A stretch of DNA of 64,000 nucleotides, taken from Alphaproteobacteria bacterium. Its GTDB lineage: Bacteria > Pseudomonadota > Alphaproteobacteria > Micavibrionales > Micavibrionaceae. Numbering within the stretch: the first letter of the stretch is position 1; each line of letters starts with the position of its first letter. Shown here piece after piece: positions 18,997-25,875 of this stretch. The position numbers and the translations under genes are program-made. Under the pieces are notes generated by a model that ran no database searches, was not told the origin of the DNA, and worked only from the letters and a program-made list of their open reading frames with translations. The stretch is from the NCBI GenBank assembly GCA_016764775.1, contig JAESRE010000014.1, positions 21,771-85,770 on the forward strand, read 5' to 3'.

Positions 18997-19022
18997 GGAA
19001 CATTTCCGGCGCCTCGAACGTA
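18997..19022 (+). promoter_or_regulatory. ECF (EcfG-type) promoter motif GGAAC-N17-CGTA upstream of the hemerythrin-like gene
   Basis: GGAAC atttccggcgcctcgaa CGTA, ending 23 nt before the ATG at 19046. Confidence 0.45.
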
Positions 19023-19045
19023 TATAGTGGTAAGAGAGGCGCATC

Positions 19046-19540
19046 ATGGATATTAAGAAAAACATAGAATACGACCACGAGAAAATCAGAAAATATATAC
19101 ATGATCTGGACGCTATGGGCCGTTCGGACACGGCTTTGCGAAAGCCGCTTTTCGAGATGCTCAGAAAAGAGCTTCTGATCGTGCAGAAAGCCGAGGAAGA
19201 GACGCTTTATCAAGAGCTCGAAAGGCGCAATGAAGCCAATTCTCTCGTGCACACATTAGAAGATGAAAGTGATACAATTAAATCTTTGCTGAAAAGCTTG
19301 GAAAAATGCGAGCCCAATTCAGAAGATTGGCACAGCGATTTCAAGAAGTTGAAGCGCAAAGTGTTTCAGCATTTCGACAAGGAAGAGCGCAAGCTTCTGC
19401 CGAAAGCCCAAAGAGCGTTGCCGGCTGAAGAGGTTGCGGAAGAATTCGACAACGAGAAGAGAGCCCTTTGGAAAACCAGTACACTGGTCGAGAAGGTTTC
19501 TGCTGTCGAGCATTTCTCGAGAACAGTCCGCGCCGCATAA
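19046..19540 (+). CDS. hemerythrin HHE cation-binding domain protein
   Basis: 164 aa with spaced H/E ligand pattern (YDHEKIRKY, QKAEEETLYQELE, HTLEDESD, FQHFDKEER). Confidence 0.65.
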   Translation: MDIKKNIEYDHEKIRKYIHDLDAMGRSDTALRKPLFEMLRKELLIVQKAEEETLYQELERRNEANSLVHTLEDESDTIKSLLKSLEKCEPNSEDWHSDFKKLKRKVFQHFDKEERKLLPKAQRALPAEEVAEEFDNEKRALWKTSTLVEKVSAVEHFSRTVRAA

Positions 19541-19551
19541 TTTAAGGAAAA

Positions 19552-19600
19552 ATGGTGATCGCGCAGGGATTCGAACCCTGGACCTACTGATTAAAAGTCA
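19552..19600. repeat. attL: 49-bp duplicate of the tRNA-Lys 3' portion
   Basis: atggtgatcgcgcagggattcgaaccctggacctactgattaaaagtca is identical to 34748-34796. It covers the tRNA from the anticodon loop to CCA and diverges immediately afterwards. Confidence 0.9.
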
Positions 19601-19711
19601 TTTGCGATAATAAAGGGTGGTGTGTGAAGCAAAAGACTTTTACTATTTTTCAATAACTTAGCTAATAGAGAGTTAACAAACTTATACCTCAACATTCTCT
19701 AATTCTGTATG

Positions 19712-19733
19712 CAAGTGTCCCATGAGTGTCCCA
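19712..19733 (+). repeat. 22-bp repeat caaGTGTCCCAtgaGTGTCCCA (copy 1), candidate recombinase arm site
   Basis: Identical to 34681-34702, in the same orientation. Each copy contains two GTGTCCCA units spaced 11 bp start to start. Confidence 0.6.
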
Positions 19734-19872
19734 CGGATTCCAGATTTTTCAAAAAAGTTGTACAAAACCACTATCCTGCAATTCACAGGCACTTCGTAAA
19801 ACCTCGCATACAAATCTTTGTTAACCTTTTTGTCTCAAAAGCGCAAATTTTTTAGCAACGATAACAAAACAA

Positions 19873-20581
19873 GGGGCTGTCCCAGATAACCGAGAAAGGT
19901 TATCAATATGGACATGCGAAAAAGCCGTTTAAGCAAATATAAACAGGATCGATTGATCGAGCATTTTGTGTCTGGCTCAACCGCCAGAACAGCCGCCGAA
20001 TTGGTGAATGTAAACAAGACAACAGCGGCTTATTATTTCCATCGTTTGCGAGAAATTATTGCTGCCGAGACGCAAAACCGAGATGTTCTATCAGGAGAAT
20101 TTGAGGTTGATGAGAGCTATTTCGGCGGCACGCGAAAAGGACGCCGCGGACGGGGTGCGGCAGGTAAAGTTCCTGTCTTCGGAATCCTAAAGCGCGGCGG
20201 TAAGGTTTACACACAGGTCATTCCCGACGCATCCGGCAAGACGCTTATTCCGATCATAGAGAAGCGCATTATGCCTGACAGCATCGTCTATTCTGACTGC
20301 TGGAAAGGTTATGATGTGCTCGATGTTTCAGAGTTCAAGCATTACCGGATCAACCATTCGATTTTGTTTGCCGATCAGAAAAATCATATCAACGGGATTG
20401 AGAATTTCTGGAACCAGGCCAAACGGCACATGCGTAAATTTAACGGTATTCCTGCCAAGCATTTTTCGCTATTTTTGAAGGAGTGTGAATGGCGTTTTAA
20501 TAACAGTGATTCTAAAACGCAATTAAAACAGATAAAGCAATGGGTTAATAAATATATTAGCTAATTATCTAGGACAGCCCC
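19873..20581 (+). mobile_element. IS1595-family insertion sequence, intact
   Basis: Terminal inverted repeats GGGGCTGTCCCAGATAA (19873-19889) and GGGGCTGTCCTAGATAA (complement of 20565-20581). 8-bp target duplication CAAAACAA at 19865-19872 and 20582-20589. Single transposase ORF. Confidence 0.85.
19908..20564 (+). CDS. IS1595-family (ISXO2-like DDE) transposase
   Basis: 218 aa with an N-terminal HTH (TARTAAELVNVNKTTAAYYFHRLR). Catalytic region FEVDESYFGG..VPVFGILKRGGKVYT..VYSDCWKGY..HYRINHS..NGIENFWNQAKRHM. Confidence 0.85.
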   Translation: MDMRKSRLSKYKQDRLIEHFVSGSTARTAAELVNVNKTTAAYYFHRLREIIAAETQNRDVLSGEFEVDESYFGGTRKGRRGRGAAGKVPVFGILKRGGKVYTQVIPDASGKTLIPIIEKRIMPDSIVYSDCWKGYDVLDVSEFKHYRINHSILFADQKNHINGIENFWNQAKRHMRKFNGIPAKHFSLFLKECEWRFNNSDSKTQLKQIKQWVNKYIS

Positions 20582-20787
20582 CAAAACAAATATGTCCATC
20601 CCCCATACCCGAGCGACGGGCGTGGGCATATTTGTTCCGTTTAAACGCAGCTCATGTAAATTTTTTTATGCCTTTTTAAGCTAAATTATTACCTCGTAAG
20701 CTTTTGAAATTAAACAAACGATTTTAAAAAGAAATAAAAAAAATATTTTTTTAATATTAAAATCAATAACTTAAACAAATTTTTTGT

Positions 20788-20816
20788 TTGACAGAATCTT
20801 CTTCATTCCGTTACGC
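20788..20816 (+). promoter_or_regulatory. possible sigma-70 promoter for the Xis-like gene
   Basis: TTGACA, 17-nt spacer, then TTACGC, about 30 nt upstream of the ORF. The -10 is weak. Confidence 0.3.
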
Positions 20817-20842
20817 TGAAAGTATGAGGTTGAATTTTTTAA

Positions 20843-21088
20843 ATGCAGGGGAGCTTTGAATTGAGTATTTACACCGTCAAACAATTTGCCATGCGCTATC
20901 CCGCATTTTCTGAAAGCACACTTCGCCGGTTAATCGCAAACGAAGAACAAAACAATTTTGAAATTTGCACAATTCGGCCACCGAATGTGAAGCGTGTTTA
21001 CATTGATGAACAGAAGTTTTTAATATGGGTAAATTCAAACACTCAACAAGAAAAAGATAGCGACAATAGAAGCTCTATTTCATTTTGA
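20843..21088 (+). CDS. AlpA/excisionase-like HTH DNA-binding protein (tentative)
   Basis: IYTVKQFAMRYPAFSESTLRRLI resembles the Xis/AlpA-type HTH start. The real start is more likely the TTG at 20861, behind GGGGAG. Confidence 0.45.
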   Translation: MQGSFELSIYTVKQFAMRYPAFSESTLRRLIANEEQNNFEICTIRPPNVKRVYIDEQKFLIWVNSNTQQEKDSDNRSSISF

Positions 21089-21131
21089 GAGCGTCATCTA
21101 AAACCTGAACTAATTATAATTATGACTGTGC

Positions 21132-21434
21132 TTATTTTTCAGCTTTTCTATCAAGACTTACAATTCCACCGCCACGGCTTACACGAGTCCAAACAACAGT
21201 TTTGATTTCTTCGTCTTCTCCGTCTTCCACAACATATCCGAGTTCGCTCAATGTGGTGTCGTCTTGAACCATTGTCCAAGTTCGGCCTTTGCATTTATCT
21301 AACAAAATATCACCATGAAGTGGTTTACCAGCCTCAACAATTTCAAAACATGGAGCATTTGCATCGTATGTTTCAATAAAGTGTACGGCGACACCTAGAA
21401 TAGCTAACCCAATAAATATATGTGTTTTTTTCAT
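21132..21434 (-). CDS. small secreted hypothetical protein
   Basis: 100 aa with a signal-like N-terminus MKKTHIFIGLAILGVAVHF. No recognised domain. Confidence 0.4.
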   Translation of the reverse strand: MKKTHIFIGLAILGVAVHFIETYDANAPCFEIVEAGKPLHGDILLDKCKGRTWTMVQDDTTLSELGYVVEDGEDEEIKTVVWTRVSRGGGIVSLDRKAEK

Positions 21435-21467
21435 TGGTAGTCCTTTCTAGGGCTTATTTTAATTCTT

Positions 21468-23336
21468 CTAATAAGCCCACAGTTTTATGATGTCTTCCGA
21501 CAAGTTTTCGCCTCTGGCATCTATGTCTTCTTCATCCCATTTATTAGCGTTGGCGACACTCTGATTAACCTTTAGCAAAGAATTTTTAATACGCTTTTGT
21601 TTCTCTGGCCAAGATTCATTGCCTAAAGAGGTATTCAAACTGCCTGTAATTACCGTTAGATTGCCAATACAATGCTTTTTAAGTTCTCTGTTTTCCATTA
21701 AAGCCCTTGTTGTTTCATCAATCTGGTCGCCTTCTCGAAAAGCTTCGTAGTAATCTTCGTTAGATGGTTGGAATGAATTCGATAAAGGCCAGTAATTTGC
21801 CCATTTTTGAGGCATTATGTGTTCTACATTTAAATCATCTGTACTGATAACAACAGTTTCATCAAATTTTGTTCGTAGAGCCAGTTCGATATTTTCAAAG
21901 AGATACCTTATTTTTTTGGAATTCATATGAAGGTAAATTGGCCGCTGAATTAAATTTCGCTTTAATTCGCTATCAGAAGGCATTACCGAGATTTCGCTTT
22001 TATAACCTTCGATTTCATTTTTTAAAGCCACAGAAATATTGTCAGATTTCGATAATACTCTAATTAAAGATGGTACAGTTTTATTATAGCTTTTATTTGT
22101 ATAGCCGCATATATCGCGCCTGATTATGTAGTTTTCTATAGTTTGGTAAGCTTCTTTCTTTTCTTCGTCAGAAATGTCTTTCACACCTATCCAGAAAACC
22201 AAAGGGTGGAAAGCGGACATATCCCATATATCTAAAAAATTACCGATGCGGGATTCAGGTTTGTTTTTCTTTTGAGTTTCAAGATTCTGGTAAACTTCGG
22301 AATATTTTAAAAGACTTTCTACTTCCTCTGAAACACTACCGAAACCTTTAGATTCGGAGTAGTTTTTATATTCGTGGACAACTCTGCCGGTGCTAATTTC
22401 TTTAGCCATTTCTGATACAAGAGAGTGAGTTATAAGATGGTCGGTTCTTGGACGCTTTAATCTTCCTTGTTTAACTTCTTCTTTCCAAAAATCAGTTTCT
22501 AAATTTTTCCATTTTTCTTCAAACAGTTCATCATTGTCTTCTCCTTTTTTAGCCGCCCTGTGAAATATATCGTTTCTGATTAAGTCAAAGGCGGTGAGTG
22601 GTTCTGCGTTTCCGTTTAAAGAGGAGAAGATAGATTGCGCATCGTCATGCTCATCCAGTTGTACAACGACAATCTGAAAGCCATTTAAAAAGCCGTGCAA
22701 TATTGCGCTTAGAGAATCTTCGGGCGTAACATCGACTCTTTTTTGATCTTCCAAGAATTCTCTAACAGCCTTTAAGAGATGCCAATAAGCTTGTAACATC
22801 TTGGGCGCATTAGAATTCAGGTTGCCATTTTTATAGAAGCAATCTGGAAAGCTTTTTCTTAGTTCTTCAAGATTTTGCGTTGCAGTTTTCAGGTAATACG
22901 GCCTGTCGTAGCTAGATGACCATAATTTAAATTTTTCTCGTTCAGGATCAGCCATAGAATTGCTTAAAGCATTAAATAAATAATCATCTATAGAATTTAT
23001 GATCCCACTGCATTCATATTCACGAGCAATTTGACGGATTGCGCATAAAGTTAAGCTAAAGGTTGTTATGCGCTGCTGTCCATCAACGAGAAACCTCTGG
23101 CTTACTGTTCCGAACTGTTGGTTTTTGGGTTCAGAGTATATTATAGCCCCAACAAAATGCGGACTAACCTTCCCCTCTTCTAGGTATTCTAAGGCTCTTT
23201 CTTCAAGATCATTCCAAAGCTTAGGAATTTGCTTACCTTCTTTTGTTTCCCAAGCGTAATGCCTCTGGTAAACCGGAATTACCCATTGTTGTTTTTCTTT
23301 CAAGACATCATTGAGGGAGTGATCTTTAGCGTGCAT
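21468..23336 (-). CDS. GmrSD-type DUF262/DUF1524 protein (putative type IV modification-dependent restriction enzyme)
   Basis: 622 aa. N-terminal DUF262 motifs IPVYQRHYAWE and LVDGQQRITT. C-terminal DUF1524 His-Me-like motifs VEHIMPQKW and GNLTVITGSLNTSLGN. Confidence 0.8.
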   Translation of the reverse strand: MHAKDHSLNDVLKEKQQWVIPVYQRHYAWETKEGKQIPKLWNDLEERALEYLEEGKVSPHFVGAIIYSEPKNQQFGTVSQRFLVDGQQRITTFSLTLCAIRQIAREYECSGIINSIDDYLFNALSNSMADPEREKFKLWSSSYDRPYYLKTATQNLEELRKSFPDCFYKNGNLNSNAPKMLQAYWHLLKAVREFLEDQKRVDVTPEDSLSAILHGFLNGFQIVVVQLDEHDDAQSIFSSLNGNAEPLTAFDLIRNDIFHRAAKKGEDNDELFEEKWKNLETDFWKEEVKQGRLKRPRTDHLITHSLVSEMAKEISTGRVVHEYKNYSESKGFGSVSEEVESLLKYSEVYQNLETQKKNKPESRIGNFLDIWDMSAFHPLVFWIGVKDISDEEKKEAYQTIENYIIRRDICGYTNKSYNKTVPSLIRVLSKSDNISVALKNEIEGYKSEISVMPSDSELKRNLIQRPIYLHMNSKKIRYLFENIELALRTKFDETVVISTDDLNVEHIMPQKWANYWPLSNSFQPSNEDYYEAFREGDQIDETTRALMENRELKKHCIGNLTVITGSLNTSLGNESWPEKQKRIKNSLLKVNQSVANANKWDEEDIDARGENLSEDIIKLWAY

Positions 23337-23394
23337 TCTTTCCTAACCTGTATTTAAATGATTTTGTTAAAGCCATTGTTATTAAAACTGTGTC

Positions 23395-23757
23395 CTATTT
23401 CAGCTTCATATATTTTTTGAATGGTATGCTAAACCAATCATAATCTAAGCAATTTTCATTTTGTTTTTCTGGCATTGCCATCATATGCTCGACAATATCA
23501 GTACCGAATAAGAATTCAGCTTCGTGCGTTAAATCTAGCAAATCTTCGACCGTCATGGGCGGTGTATCATGAGGGCTTTCTATGTGAGCGCAGAATCCAT
23601 TCCAGAGCATTTTGAAAAACCGGTATCGTTTATCAAATAATTGCTGCTTTCGGGCTTCTTCTGCTGTTCGCCATTGTTGGAATGCGATTAAAGCTACAGC
23701 CAGAGCGATTGCCGGTGTTAAAAGTGCAGATAATATATCAATCCAGTCTTTTTCCAT
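23395..23757 (-). CDS. hypothetical N-terminally membrane-anchored protein (last gene of the operon)
   Basis: 120 aa with a TM helix ILSALLTPAIALAVALIAF. The ATG is 1 nt after the stop of the upstream ORF. No recognised domain. Confidence 0.45.
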   Translation of the reverse strand: MEKDWIDILSALLTPAIALAVALIAFQQWRTAEEARKQQLFDKRYRFFKMLWNGFCAHIESPHDTPPMTVEDLLDLTHEAEFLFGTDIVEHMMAMPEKQNENCLDYDWFSIPFKKYMKLK

Positions 23758-23758
23758 A

Positions 23759-24673
23759 CTAATCGCCCTGATACCCTAGAAGATACTGACTACTTGCATC
23801 CGGAGCGATTACGTTCATAACATCATAAATGAAGAAATACCGGTCGGTTTCAAAACCCTGATTATCTTTTTGGATTTGAATATCACCTCGTACTTTTAGG
23901 ACGGTTTTCGGAAAAGGAAACTCTTCTTGGCTGAGTTGGCCGTTCTGGAATTTTTCCAGCCATTCAGTGTCCAAGATTTTGGCCTTATAATTGTGGCCGT
24001 CTGTATCTTGCACTGACCAACGACTTTCTCCTTCATAAGCTAGTTGTTTAATCCGGATCAGTTTCTCCTGATTGCGCCATGTTTCTTCTGAAGCCATGAG
24101 GATTTCTTCAACATCCGCAGATTTGTAACGAAAGTTTCGATTGACTTCATGTTCCTTCCCTTGGGCTATGACCGTAATCTTTTGGGAAGAATTCAATCCC
24201 TTATCAGGTGGTGATAAGCCACCAATAGCTTCTGCTACAGACCGTTCGGACAAACCTTGAATAGCGGTTGTATTTTGGCTTCCAGCACTTTCTGCAACCT
24301 GTTTTAATTTGTCTTTTACTTCGCGCAAATCCTCAATTTTGTCGATCTTTTCATGATCGTCTATGTAATCGAGCAATGCTTCACGGCCATCTACTAAGGC
24401 TTGGCGCATGAATGCTGTAAAACCTTTGTCCTTTATTTCTTTCTGATCGGTGTTTTTGAGGACGTTTTTTATAAAAAGCTTTATAGAACTGTGCTGAATA
24501 TCTTCCATTAAAATGGTTGATTCAACTTGCTGGTCGAAGGCTTTGGCTAGAATAGCGTTAGTTTGTGCGTGGCCTTCAACTATTTTTGAAAGAGCAAGAA
24601 GACTTCCGGCCAGATCGTCTTTGGCCGGATCATAGTCGATTTTGATGATATATTTGTCTTCTATTTCTTCCAC
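23759..24673 (-). CDS. hypothetical 304-aa protein, no recognised domain
   Basis: GTG start behind AAGGA, 5 nt after the T5orf172 gene stop. Natural-looking amino-acid composition over its whole length. Confidence 0.5.
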   Translation of the reverse strand: MEEIEDKYIIKIDYDPAKDDLAGSLLALSKIVEGHAQTNAILAKAFDQQVESTILMEDIQHSSIKLFIKNVLKNTDQKEIKDKGFTAFMRQALVDGREALLDYIDDHEKIDKIEDLREVKDKLKQVAESAGSQNTTAIQGLSERSVAEAIGGLSPPDKGLNSSQKITVIAQGKEHEVNRNFRYKSADVEEILMASEETWRNQEKLIRIKQLAYEGESRWSVQDTDGHNYKAKILDTEWLEKFQNGQLSQEEFPFPKTVLKVRGDIQIQKDNQGFETDRYFFIYDVMNVIAPDASSQYLLGYQGD

Positions 24674-24678
24674 AATCC

Positions 24679-25875
24679 CTATCCTTTTCTTAATTTTGCC
24701 GAAGCGGGATCGTAATAGTAATCGCTAATCGTGCCATCTTTGATTTTTTCGACCATTTCATCAATCACGAATATCGGCACTAAAAACCATTCCCGCGCCG
24801 TGACCGGCTTTCCGAAGCGGTCTTTAATTTCAATGTCCAGCTTGGCCGTGCTAAAAAACCGATGAATGATATTCTCAAGTTTTGACCGGCTTATATTTGC
24901 AAGTTTGTATGTGGCAATGATTTCAACATCGGCCATGAGGAATGTCGGATCGTTTTTAGCATTTGTAATGCGTTTTTGGACATCACCGCCGGTCACGCCA
25001 ATTTTATGAACAACATCCCTGTTTTCTTTGACGGTCGGATGATCGGATAGACTGCGCAGTACATAAATTGTGCCGCTTTCCAGATCACCTTCGCTATTCT
25101 CACCGGAAAAAAGCGGGCCAGCCTTGGGATTTGTAATCCGGCGGCCTGTTTTGTCCTTATTCAAAGCCCGTTGTAGTGAGCGCATAAGAATGTTGCTTTC
25201 TGTGCCATTGTCATAAATTGCGCGCAAACGACTATCTTTCTTTTCATTTTGGTTTAAGAACTCTTCCCCTTTTTGAGCAATGAAAACAATCTGGCCAGAT
25301 AGAATGAATAAATCCCCCTCAGCAACACTAGCATCGTCTTTGAACGGTCTTGTTTCTCTAATCCCGTTTTCCAAATCTTTTTGCACGGCCACAAACACTG
25401 GTTTAAATTTTTCAAAATCTTCGCATCTTGAGCGATTGGCAATTTCTTCGGCAGCCCTGATTTCGGCACGAGGTTTTACGTGCTTCAACGTAGTGATGGA
25501 ATTATCGGAGTTTATATCCACGCCGAGTTGCGCCAGCAATTCATCATCGTCAATATCATCCGGAACATCTGTGTCTGGCTCGTATGTGCCATCCAGAAGG
25601 TTCTGGTCGTCCATATTTGCAAGTAAGGTTCTACATTCTTCCTGCTTGCGGATTTGATCGAGCCTGACGGCATAGAGCCGTTCAAAAATATCTTTATCTT
25701 CGCCATGTTCTGGCAACCGGCCATGTTCCCCGACAAATTTTTGAATCTCTTCGAAACCGGCAATGATACGTTCCTCACGCGGCGTGTGTGTGACAACCTT
25801 TTTGGCTTCGACCTCGATGCCGAGTTCTGCCAATAGTGCATCGTCTTCTTCTGTGAACGCCTGTTTTTTAACCAT
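24679..25875 (-). CDS. T5orf172 (GIY-YIG-like) domain protein
   Basis: 398 aa. The C-terminal half, GTIYVLRSLSDHP..VHKIGVTGGDVQKRI..EIIATYKL..LENIIHRFF..REWFLVP, matches the T5orf172/MUG113 pattern. The N-terminal half has two DDxLLAxLG repeats. Confidence 0.6.
   Translation of the reverse strand: MVKKQAFTEEDDALLAELGIEVEAKKVVTHTPREERIIAGFEEIQKFVGEHGRLPEHGEDKDIFERLYAVRLDQIRKQEECRTLLANMDDQNLLDGTYEPDTDVPDDIDDDELLAQLGVDINSDNSITTLKHVKPRAEIRAAEEIANRSRCEDFEKFKPVFVAVQKDLENGIRETRPFKDDASVAEGDLFILSGQIVFIAQKGEEFLNQNEKKDSRLRAIYDNGTESNILMRSLQRALNKDKTGRRITNPKAGPLFSGENSEGDLESGTIYVLRSLSDHPTVKENRDVVHKIGVTGGDVQKRITNAKNDPTFLMADVEIIATYKLANISRSKLENIIHRFFSTAKLDIEIKDRFGKPVTAREWFLVPIFVIDEMVEKIKDGTISDYYYDPASAKLRKG

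Noticed and set aside
19552-19600. Possible second tRNA gene
   Set aside because: Only the 3' 49 nt (anticodon loop to CCA) are present. The sequence diverges where the anticodon stem 5' strand and D arm should be. It is the att duplication, not a gene.
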